Part shown: positions 17,901 through 24,641 of the stretch, piece by piece | Layout of the letters: every line of letters begins with the position of its first letter | How positions within the stretch are numbered: position 1 is the first letter of the stretch | Origin: a virus | Length of the DNA: 27,477 bases | Direction: 5' to 3' (one strand) | Virus record (IMG/VR): IMGVR_UViG_3300034069_000595 | Location: 1 to 27,477 of that record | Program-made: the position numbers and the translations under genes | Notes under the pieces: generated by a model | Databases searched by the model: none | The model's input: only the letters and a program-made list of their open reading frames with translations | What the model was told of the DNA's origin: nothing

Positions 17901-18688
17901 ACGTCGTTCAGATGCACGCCGACCTGGTGCAGATGCTCGATGAGATCGCGAACCCGCCGCAGCCGCTCAAGATCTTCAACGAGACCGAGGTCGGCACCCT
18001 CAACGAGCTGGCGGCAGCCTTCCCGTCTAAGGCCTTCGGCACCACGGCGGCATCGGTCCACTCGAACGAGAAGCTGGGCTTCTGGGTCGTACTCGGCGGC
18101 GCGAACGGCGGCAGCAAATTCAAGCCTTCTGTCGTGAAGGATTTCACCAGCACGATGGTCGCGGCGGGCAAGGCCAAGTTCAAGGAATGCTTCGGCCTGG
18201 CAAAGCACTTCATCCACTCGGTGCAGGCGAGCGGCAGCTACAACGACCTGTTCCGCGAGGGCAAGTCACACGACCATCAGGGCAACCTGTTGTCGGACGT
18301 CGCCAAGGCCGCGGAGGCGTATGCCACCAGCCACGATGAAGGCACCTCGGTCTATCGCTGGCAGCACATGCCCGACGAGATGGTCAAGAAGATCCTGTCC
18401 GCTCCGGATGGCACCGTGTTTCAGGCCACCGGCCCGATGTGCACCAGCTACTCGCCCACCGCGACCTCGGGCTTCGGTACGCACCGCGTGACAATCCGCT
18501 ACGCCAAGGGGGCCAAGGCGGTCGAGAGCTTCGGCTCTGGCGGGTTCGCTGGTGAAAAGGAAGTTACCACGCTGCCCAATAGCCGGTTCGTGATCCTGTC
18601 TAAGCAAATGGTCCCTAACGAGAAGAACCCAAGCAAGCAGCGATTGGAGCTGGAAGTGCTAATGCTTCCTCCGGATCTTGGGTTATAA
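14903..18688 (+). CDS. 1261-aa multidomain protein: repeats + HipA/PI3K-like kinase + C-terminal ADP-ribosyltransferase (probable virion-associated effector)
   Basis: Kinase motifs GPQGGSNPG, YCKF, SEVLA, DAWLGNWD, VDAG; ART motifs YRW 18353, CTS 18440, EKE 18554; Pro/Ala linkers. Confidence 0.8.
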   Translation: MNEPIAATAGPRRVVLLVKSQKIAHQAGYYLLNGRWHAVKQAKPVPKGAPVAAHPKAAGHYVPIKHFTDGEWDQLKLPESNSNAGTFNAQLEKLKQYSEAGDVTAILGMQVGTNTYGKKLALIANSLLEQHGAEHKVAPGQKAGEHHAVKVVPDDAAAPAAKPEPSTFKEIYGDPFKDMPSQAEKPAPEPKAEPVKVEPEKAPEPKPEPAAKPKLGPVGEALKEAVSAPAAPSLSMPEFAEGKTTKGVQKHYEAKAKKVLRLAATSDVAGLTNMLQDGLKPNSKGKVGNTWTGKTPNSKALLALHAAALQQAGGKMDAAPEAKPAPAPAPAPAPEPAPVAPAAPAPAADPKSDLLAQIPWDKLSSPEAKGDGSPNKEGINANKKLAVIKQAAEAGDVAALQSMKFGVNTYGKKLNQAVAISLAAIEEGAPVPVPATAPAQAPEPAATAPVAAPAEEGPKDGDTKPGADGTMLVFKNGRWHKSVPTDEHGEMPPTWVPVDDEKGTLELTDTEKQAVFDYLNSTEKTEHRHEAGKAIFKKLPEELKQALNLAAINFKAAADVEAASAHPIDAVPLPDLSNLSAHNQALVITALSLLQSQVKADGAAALKGMTKKMASGKVITNLPKANGSKIKVSGVHGKGEAFDGIYDYVEALKAAVGKSAPKPKATPMSAPVTPQADAPIPSMDDWKQVGPQGGSNPGGKFVDPTGTEWYCKFPSDPDVAKSEVLAARLYAAAGVSGQDAQLITRDGKIGIASKWQDVKKVAPADLAKTDGVASGFAVDAWLGNWDVVGMEFDNLQVDVATGKAMRVDAGGSLQYRAQGGKKAFGNNVVELDSLRDKAINPQAAAVFGKLTKADITASVAKIAQLPDANIRALVEKFGPGNEAERKALADTLVARKADLLTKYPKAAKAVKKRLDPTSLPVPEERLPNAHDFNNWLNSGKPLSSQAHVNAANANVEKQMIALAKTGNLVELKKFQFDAIDKATGEATGHTIPIANHPSKHVVQMHADLVQMLDEIANPPQPLKIFNETEVGTLNELAAAFPSKAFGTTAASVHSNEKLGFWVVLGGANGGSKFKPSVVKDFTSTMVAAGKAKFKECFGLAKHFIHSVQASGSYNDLFREGKSHDHQGNLLSDVAKAAEAYATSHDEGTSVYRWQHMPDEMVKKILSAPDGTVFQATGPMCTSYSPTATSGFGTHRVTIRYAKGAKAVESFGSGGFAGEKEVTTLPNSRFVILSKQMVPNEKNPSKQRLELEVLMLPPDLGL

Positions 18689-18706
18689 TCCTGACAAATT
18701 TGAGGA

Positions 18707-19210
18707 ATGACCATGACAGATCCGCGTGAAATTGAGGGTAGCCCCGAGCGGGCTGCCGATCGCGGTCGTGCTGAAGATCTCGGTTTCAGCATGTCCGACC
18801 GCCCCTCGCTGGGCAATGCCGATGTCGTTCGCGGGCTTGTGTCCGAGTTCGCCGGCAAGGTCGTGGACGTGCGCAAGGCGTACAACCAGGACAAGTTCAC
18901 TGGTGAGCAGGCGCAGGAGCGTGTTCGCGCGCTGGCGCATCAGTACGGTGATATCGTCATGGGCCGGAACGGCGCCTATGATGCCCTGCCGTGGAACTCG
19001 CCTGCGAAGCTCGGCCTGCGGATCCGCCTGGTCACCCCCGAGATCGAGGGCATCACCGACCCTGGCGAGCTGCTGTTCGTCACGGTCGGCACGTCGCTGT
19101 CATCCCTCGCCGCGGCGCATGAAGCTGGCCGCCTGACCGATGCGGCTGCCGAGAGCCACACGAAGGAAATGCTCGAGGATACCGCCAACCTGATCCTCGG
19201 TGTCCGATGA
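18707..19210 (+). CDS. Hypothetical helical protein (possible partner or immunity factor)
   Basis: RBS GAGGA; start at 18707 or 18713; directly after the ART domain; function inferred from position only. Confidence 0.7.
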   Translation: MTMTDPREIEGSPERAADRGRAEDLGFSMSDRPSLGNADVVRGLVSEFAGKVVDVRKAYNQDKFTGEQAQERVRALAHQYGDIVMGRNGAYDALPWNSPAKLGLRIRLVTPEIEGITDPGELLFVTVGTSLSSLAAAHEAGRLTDAAAESHTKEMLEDTANLILGVR

Positions 19211-20034
19211 GCAGTTCGTTCGAGATGCAGATGGAATTGCTCGGCGCCGCGCCGTCATCTGCGGAAGCTCTCGTGAAAAGCCGCATCCCTGGCTACACCA
19301 AGCGTGACGGCACCTACGTCAAGCCGCACAGCCGGACCGGTGAAGCCCATGCGCACGTTGCCCAGCAGCATCCCCGAGCTGGCGAGAAAGGCGAAGTCGT
19401 CGTGGTCCATCAGCCCAGTCACGCATCTGCTGTCAGCACGTGGCACAGCCCGAACGCCGTTGCGACCTTCCTGCCTGACGGAGACGTCCCTGCGTCTCTG
19501 AACGGCATCCAGCTGCGTCAGTGGAAGGACCACCCGACCACCGCCGAGGGCTGGGACTACGTGGACGGGGTGAATGACGACCTCGTCGAGCCGAAGTTCA
19601 AGCTGCCCCCGGGCAAGAAGGCGGCGTCCGGCGTGATCATCCAGGAGCCAGACGGCCGCGTTTGGCTGGTGGCTCCGACCAACGCGTTTGGCGGCTACGA
19701 GGCCACCTTCCCGAAGGGCACGGCCGAGCCGGACCTGTCTCTCCAGGCCAACGCCATCAAGGAGGCGTTCGAGGAGTGCGGCTTGCAGGTGGAAATCACC
19801 GGCCTCCTCGGCGACTACGAGCGGACCACCTCGGTCGCCCGCATGTACACCGCAAAACGTGTGGGCGGGACGCCGATCGCCATGGGCTGGGAGAGCCAGG
19901 CGGTGCACCTGGTGCCGAAGGACAAGCTCTACGACGTGCTCAACATGTGGTCAGACCACAGTATTGTTGAAGATATCGGCGGCGGATCGGCTCCTGCCGC
20001 AAGTAATAAGCAAGTAAAGGGTAATACACCTTAA
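19207..20034 (+). CDS. NUDIX hydrolase with N-terminal extension
   Basis: Nudix box variant FPKGTAEPDLSLQANAIKEAFEECGL; N-terminal LVKSRIPGYTKRDGTYVKPH. Confidence 0.88.
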   Translation: MSSSFEMQMELLGAAPSSAEALVKSRIPGYTKRDGTYVKPHSRTGEAHAHVAQQHPRAGEKGEVVVVHQPSHASAVSTWHSPNAVATFLPDGDVPASLNGIQLRQWKDHPTTAEGWDYVDGVNDDLVEPKFKLPPGKKAASGVIIQEPDGRVWLVAPTNAFGGYEATFPKGTAEPDLSLQANAIKEAFEECGLQVEITGLLGDYERTTSVARMYTAKRVGGTPIAMGWESQAVHLVPKDKLYDVLNMWSDHSIVEDIGGGSAPAASNKQVKGNTP

Positions 20035-20046
20035 AAGCTTGCGCCG

Positions 20047-20070
20047 TTGATCAAATTTGAATAAGCTACT
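20047..20070 (+). promoter_or_regulatory. Putative operator/promoter TTGATCAAATTTGA
   Basis: Matches TTGATCAAAAATGA at 634; AT-rich intergenic segment. Confidence 0.45.
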
Positions 20071-20101
20071 CCCATCTTAAACGAACAAGGGGTTGTAGCT
20101 T

Positions 20102-20455
20102 ATGTGGATCTGCCTATCCGATGCGTTCCTTTCCATCGTCCATAAGGATTGCGAGCCTGACGAACTGCTCGTTCGCGCTCGTCGTCAGGGCGATATCCAG
20201 AAGGTATTCCCTGATGCCAAGGTCAAGAAGACCGTCGGCAACGACTACCTGTACCGCGCTGTGATCAAGCGCACTGTTGTGGCCGAGGCCATGACCAAGC
20301 TGACTATGGAAACGATCGACTACCCGAACTTCAAAAACACCGTCCGCGATAACAAGCTGCACAGCGCGTTCAATGCCATCTGGCACACGATCGCGAAGCT
20401 GCAGGTCATCGCGCCGTACAGCCGCCAGTCGCGCCAGCGGGGCCTTGGCCTGTGA
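20102..20455 (+). CDS. Phage hypothetical protein (MW...F.SIV...LLVRAR...DY.YRA)
   Basis: Clear ORF with a recognisable conserved-looking motif pattern. Confidence 0.75.
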   Translation: MWICLSDAFLSIVHKDCEPDELLVRARRQGDIQKVFPDAKVKKTVGNDYLYRAVIKRTVVAEAMTKLTMETIDYPNFKNTVRDNKLHSAFNAIWHTIAKLQVIAPYSRQSRQRGLGL

Positions 20456-21192
20456 ACATTGCCGAACTGGCCGCATCGGGCGCCCTGTTCGTAGCCAGCC
20501 ATTCCGGCGGCAAGGATTCTCAGGCCCAGCTGATCCGCCTGCTCGAACAGATCCCGGCAGCCCAGATCGTCGTGGTTCATGCGTCCCTTGGCGCGATGGA
20601 ATGGCCTGGCGCCATGGAGCTGGCTCGCGATCAGGCCGAAGACGCTGGCCTTCCATTCATCGTGGCGAAGGCTGAGAAAACCCTGCTGGACATGGTCGAG
20701 CGCCGGTTCGCGAACCGTCCCGAAGTCCCGAGTTGGCCGTCCGCCTCCCACCGTCAGTGCACTAGCGACCTGAAACGCGGCCCGATCCAGCGTGAGGTGC
20801 GCCGCTACGCGAAGGCGAACGGATTCAAGGTGATCGTCAACTGTCTGGGCCTGCGCGCGCAGGAGTCGCCCGGCCGTGCCAAGCGGAAGGAGTTCAGCCG
20901 CATGGGCATCAGCAACAGCGTCAACACCTGGTACGAATGGCTCCCGGTGCACGATCTCTCTGTCGCCGACGTGTTCGGCATCATTGAGGGTGCCGGGCAG
21001 AAGCCGCACTACGCCTACGCTCTCGGCAATGAACGGCTGAGCTGCGTGTTCTGCATTATGGCGAGCAAGCGTGACCTCGCTAACGGTGCGGCCAACAATC
21101 CCGAGCTGCTGGCCCAGTATGACGCGCTTGAAAAGCGCACCGGTTACACGATGCACATGAGCCGAATCCCGTTGGTGGAACTAGCGTCTTAA
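20452..21192 (+). CDS. PAPS reductase family (PP-loop) protein
   Basis: SHSGGKDS PP-loop, CTSDLK, GLRAQESPGR, RLSCVFCI. Confidence 0.9.
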   Translation: MNIAELAASGALFVASHSGGKDSQAQLIRLLEQIPAAQIVVVHASLGAMEWPGAMELARDQAEDAGLPFIVAKAEKTLLDMVERRFANRPEVPSWPSASHRQCTSDLKRGPIQREVRRYAKANGFKVIVNCLGLRAQESPGRAKRKEFSRMGISNSVNTWYEWLPVHDLSVADVFGIIEGAGQKPHYAYALGNERLSCVFCIMASKRDLANGAANNPELLAQYDALEKRTGYTMHMSRIPLVELAS

Positions 21193-21228
21193 ATAACCGC
21201 CGAGCATCGCCCGGCCAAGGAAAGGGAA

Positions 21229-21987
21229 GTGAACGAACCAATCAAGATTGACCTCGACGCGATCGAGGCAGCGGCAAATGCCGCGGGTGGCGCTGAGTGG
21301 ATGTTGATCGATGGCGAATCCGGCATCGAGGCTGATAGCCGTTTCATCACCAGTGATGATCGCATCGAAAACAACAAAGTGCCCCTTGTCGAGATCCACT
21401 ATGGGCATCCAGACGCAGGCATGGGTGAGCCGTTCCAGAGCGAGCAGGTTTCAGCCGGCGAGTTCATTGCGGCTGCCAACCCAGCTGTCGTGCTTGAGCT
21501 GGTGCGTCGCCTGCGCGCGGCCGAGACTTTGTTGGCATCACGCATTGAACAGCTACCGTCCGAGGCAAAGGTGGTCTGCGTCTTTTCCGACATCACTCCT
21601 GAACATAAGGCTCAGGCTGAGGAATTTGCCGAGGCCATCAAGAAGCGCTGCACTAGCGGCCGCTGGACGCTGGTCGCGTTCTTCCCAACCGGCGCCGACA
21701 TCACAGCCCTGAACGAGGAGCAGATGCGTCAGGCAGGCTGGATGCGCGCTGATAGCGAGCGCCTATCCGTCCCCGATATCCTGCCGAAAGTCCGCGCCTA
21801 TATGGATAAGCACCCTACTGGGGGAAGCCTGCACATCGTGCTTGAGGATCAAAACGTCCGCGATAGCGATATCCAGTTCTGTATCGACTATGCGGAAGGT
21901 AAGGGTGACGCCGAGGGCGCTGAAATCGGGCGGGCATTGCTTTCGATGTCGAAGACCCAGCGCTTGAAGATCGCCTGTTCCTGCTGA
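21229..21987 (+). CDS. Ead/Ea22-like mosaic phage protein
   Basis: FIAAANPAVVLELVRRL motif followed by further modules. Confidence 0.7.
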   Translation: MNEPIKIDLDAIEAAANAAGGAEWMLIDGESGIEADSRFITSDDRIENNKVPLVEIHYGHPDAGMGEPFQSEQVSAGEFIAAANPAVVLELVRRLRAAETLLASRIEQLPSEAKVVCVFSDITPEHKAQAEEFAEAIKKRCTSGRWTLVAFFPTGADITALNEEQMRQAGWMRADSERLSVPDILPKVRAYMDKHPTGGSLHIVLEDQNVRDSDIQFCIDYAEGKGDAEGAEIGRALLSMSKTQRLKIACSC

Positions 21988-22020
21988 CCCCTGATCCGCC
22001 ATCTCATCGCAAGGTAACAA

Positions 22021-22072
22021 GGCCAGCAACTTAGCCGTTAACGGCATATTCCGGGCGCGTATCGGGCGCCCC
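22021..22072 (+). repeat. Dispersed att-like element, copy F (divergent, no core)
   Basis: GGCCAGCAACTTA 22021-33; CGGGCGC repeated at 22052 and 22063 (11-bp period); 24-bp ACTTA-to-arm spacing as in copy A. Confidence 0.4.
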
Positions 22073-22097
22073 AACAACCAAAACGAGGGACAAACCC

Positions 22098-22625
22098 GTG
22101 AGCATCAATCTGCAAGGCCACATTCTAAATCAGCGCCAGCTCGACGCGATCGTGCCAGTGATGAACCAGCTTATGCAGGGCAAAGTGAGCCAGAAAAAAT
22201 TCGAGGCGAAGTGCGTTGAAGCTTTGGAAGCCGCTGGCTGCCCGCTGGGTTACGACGTCAGCATGCCTGGCGCAGACGAGTCGGTCGAGGTTCGTGCGCG
22301 CCGCTGGATCGTCGATGGTCGCGTTGGCAGTTCGTCGAAAGCGATCTGGTCGCACATGATGGGCGTGCCAGGACAGGACATGAGCTACCCGTCTGATCCT
22401 GATGACCTGAACCGCTGCTTACTGCTGTTGCAACTGATACCCGAGTGGCACCCGCGCATGGCGGAAATGTCCGTGCACGGTAAAGCGTGGGCCGGTCTCG
22501 CCGGACAGTGGAATAAATTGACTGTGCTGTTCCTGGATGAGGTGGGGTTGAACTGGAGCAAAGGCACAAAGCTGCGCGCTACCAAAACCTATGAGCTGAT
22601 GAAGCAGCTTCAGGGGCGCACATGA
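22098..22625 (+). CDS. Phage hypothetical protein
   Basis: RBS GAGGG, GTG start; GSSSKAI...YPSDPDDLNRC motif. Confidence 0.75.
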   Translation: MSINLQGHILNQRQLDAIVPVMNQLMQGKVSQKKFEAKCVEALEAAGCPLGYDVSMPGADESVEVRARRWIVDGRVGSSSKAIWSHMMGVPGQDMSYPSDPDDLNRCLLLLQLIPEWHPRMAEMSVHGKAWAGLAGQWNKLTVLFLDEVGLNWSKGTKLRATKTYELMKQLQGRT

Positions 22626-22789
22626 CAGCCACATCTCAAGAACAGTTCGAGCAGAGCTACAGCGAATACACCGGTCACCCGCTCGAATTCATTAAGTTGG
22701 CCCGCCAGTCCAACGACAGCTACAGCGTGCCGCGCATTGCGACGGCGTACACCTGGTGGAAGCGAGCGCGCGAGGTCCAGCCAGCATGA
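22622..22789 (+). CDS. 55-aa hypothetical protein
   Basis: Not in the ORF track; ATGA coupling at both ends. Confidence 0.6.
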   Translation: MTATSQEQFEQSYSEYTGHPLEFIKLARQSNDSYSVPRIATAYTWWKRAREVQPA

Positions 22790-23520
22790 TCGAAACCATA
22801 GAGATCCAACGCATCAAGCACTTCGCCGCCAACACCGCCGGCCGCGACTTCGCCGTGGGCGACATCCACGGGCACTTCACCCGGCTCCAGGCGGCTCTGG
22901 ACGCGGTCGGGTTCGATCCAGCTGTCGATCGGCTGTTCAGCGTTGGCGACCTGGTTGACCGCGGGCCCGAGTGCCTGGACGTGCTGGATTGGCTGTCCAA
23001 GCCGTGGTTCCACCCAGTGCGTGGCAACCATGACGACTACGTCTGCCGGTACGACACCTGCGATACAGGAAACTGGCTGTTCAATGGCGGCATGTGGTTC
23101 CAGGGGCTGCCGTCGTCGGAGCAGGCGGAATACGCGGTCATGTTCCGCGAGATACCAATCGCGATCGAGGTAGAAACGCCGCAGGGCCTGATCGGCATCG
23201 TGCACGCTGACTGTCCGTTCCCATCGTGGGACGAGCTGCGCCACGAGCTGGAAGCGCCGGAGAGTAATAAGCGGCTGAAGCAAGTGCAGAACACCTGCAT
23301 GTGGTCGCGTACCCGCATCGAGCACGGCGAGACGCATGGAGTCGATGGCATCTACGCCCTCGTGGTTGGGCATACGCCGCTGCGTTCGCCAGGACTGCTC
23401 GGCAACGTCATATTCATCGACACCAAAGGGTGGAGACCTGACGACGACGGCTACTTCACCCTGCTGAACCTGACCACCATGGAAATGGTCCCGCCAGCGC
23501 CAGCGAAGCTGGAGTGGTAG
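22786..23520 (+). CDS. Ser/Thr metallophosphoesterase, lambda NinI-like
   Basis: GDIHG, GDLVDRG, RGNH, VHA, GHTP, IDT motifs. Confidence 0.93.
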   Translation: MIETIEIQRIKHFAANTAGRDFAVGDIHGHFTRLQAALDAVGFDPAVDRLFSVGDLVDRGPECLDVLDWLSKPWFHPVRGNHDDYVCRYDTCDTGNWLFNGGMWFQGLPSSEQAEYAVMFREIPIAIEVETPQGLIGIVHADCPFPSWDELRHELEAPESNKRLKQVQNTCMWSRTRIEHGETHGVDGIYALVVGHTPLRSPGLLGNVIFIDTKGWRPDDDGYFTLLNLTTMEMVPPAPAKLEW

Positions 23521-23523
23521 ACA

Positions 23524-23548
23524 GACCCGCTTCGGCGGGTTTTTCTTT
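23524..23548 (+). terminator. Rho-independent terminator
   Basis: GACCCGC-TTCG-GCGGGTT followed by a T tract. Confidence 0.85.
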
Positions 23549-23550
23549 GC

Positions 23551-23645
23551 ACGCTGCCTGCAAGGTCGTTGCATGCTTCTACCTGTCTGCTATGTAGCTG
23601 CAAGCCGGCAGCAATCTCGCAGCCAGCTTGCAGAAAGTTTGCAGC
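23551..23645 (+). repeat. parS/parH-like 11-bp iterons upstream of parA
   Basis: AAGCCGGCAGC, AATCTCGCAGC, CAGCTTGCAGA, AAGTTTGCAGC etc. in 11-bp phase, ending at the ATG. Confidence 0.7.
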
Positions 23646-24281
23646 ATGACCGCAGTCGTCGCGTTCGTTAGTCAGAAGGGTGGCGTCGGTAAGTCCACCC
23701 TCGCTCGGGCACTCGCCAGGGAAGCCGCAGCCGGCGGCCTCAAGGTGAAGGTCGCTGACCTGGATACCCAGCAGGGCACCTCGGTCGATTGGCAGCGCAT
23801 CCGCCTTCACGCGGGCCACGAGCCTGCCATCTCGGTCGAATCGTTCAAGACCGCCGCGCAGGCACTGGCCATCGCCGGTGACTTCGACCTCCTCATCATC
23901 GACGGCCCCGCCCGCACCAGCACCGCGACGCTGGAGATCGCTCGTGCGTCCAACCTGGTGGTGCAGCCCACCGGCGCGTCAGTGGACGATCTGCGGCCGG
24001 CAGTTCGCGAATTCCATGCCCTGGTGAAAGCTGGGATCCCCACGGCGCGCCTGGCGTTCACGCTCAATCGGGTCGGCACCGACGCGGAGGAAGTCGAGGC
24101 GCGTTCGTACCTGAGCGAGGCAGGCTACCAGGTGACTGATGGCGTGCTGGTCGAACGCCCGGCGTACCGGCAGGCGCAGAACGTGGGCCACTCCATCACG
24201 GAGACCCGGTACCCGAAGCTGAACACACGGGCGGATGCGGTGATCCAGTCGCTGATCGATAGGGTGGTGCTCAATGGCTGA
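23646..24281 (+). CDS. parA: ParA family partition ATPase (type Ib, ParF-like)
   Basis: QKGGVGKST, DLDTQQ, IIDGP; short, no N-terminal HTH. Confidence 0.95.
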   Translation: MTAVVAFVSQKGGVGKSTLARALAREAAAGGLKVKVADLDTQQGTSVDWQRIRLHAGHEPAISVESFKTAAQALAIAGDFDLLIIDGPARTSTATLEIARASNLVVQPTGASVDDLRPAVREFHALVKAGIPTARLAFTLNRVGTDAEEVEARSYLSEAGYQVTDGVLVERPAYRQAQNVGHSITETRYPKLNTRADAVIQSLIDRVVLNG

Positions 24282-24570
24282 TCTGTCCAAGCTGAAAAAG
24301 CGCGGCACGCTGGGCGCCCCTCCCAGCGAGGACGAGGCCAGCCCCAACCTGGTGGCGCCCGAGGTGGCGCCGGTCGAGCCCCAGCCAGCCAAGCGTCGGG
24401 ATGGCCGGAGCGCTCGGCGCACCAACCGAACGATGCCATTCGCCACCCGGGTTAGCCCTGACTTCGACAACCGGATCAGGGATATCGCGGAGCGCGACGG
24501 GCTGCTGCTGGTCGAGCTGCTGGAGCGAGCGCTGGATGCCTACGAGCGCGAGCAGAATGCTGCAGGGTAG
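24274..24570 (+). CDS. ParG-like ribbon-helix-helix partition protein
   Basis: Overlaps parA; flexible N-terminus, then PFATRVS (strand) and two helices. Confidence 0.75.
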   Translation: MADLSKLKKRGTLGAPPSEDEASPNLVAPEVAPVEPQPAKRRDGRSARRTNRTMPFATRVSPDFDNRIRDIAERDGLLLVELLERALDAYEREQNAAG

Positions 24571-24607
24571 CGGCAAGCTTGCAGCAAGGTGGCTGCAAGC
24601 TACGAGC
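24553..24607 (+). repeat. parS-like 11-bp iterons downstream of the par operon
   Basis: CAGAATGCTGC AGGGTAGCGGC AAGCTTGCAGC AAGGTGGCTGC AAGCTACGAGC. Confidence 0.7.
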
Positions 24608-24619
24608 TAGATGGGGCGG

Positions 24620-24635
24620 GTCGTGATGCGACTAT
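24620..24635 (+). promoter_or_regulatory. Putative late promoter GTCGTGA-TGC-GACTAT (leaderless geometry)
   Basis: ATG 24642 lies 6 nt after the hexamer; no RBS. Confidence 0.65.
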
Positions 24636-24641
24636 CGCCCC

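Noticed and set aside
18131-18146. GTCGTGA inside the giant gene
   Set aside because: Followed by AGG-ATTTCA, which lacks the A2/T6 hexamer; explained by Val-Val-Lys codons
18684-18689. TATAAT overlapping the giant gene's stop as an internal promoter for 18707
   Set aside because: No matching -35 or extended -10; possible but unsupported
515-22072. Dispersed repeats as a CRISPR array or integron attC sites
   Set aside because: Copies are kilobases apart, there are no cas genes, and the RYYYAAC/GTTRRRY ends and consistent attC hairpin are absent
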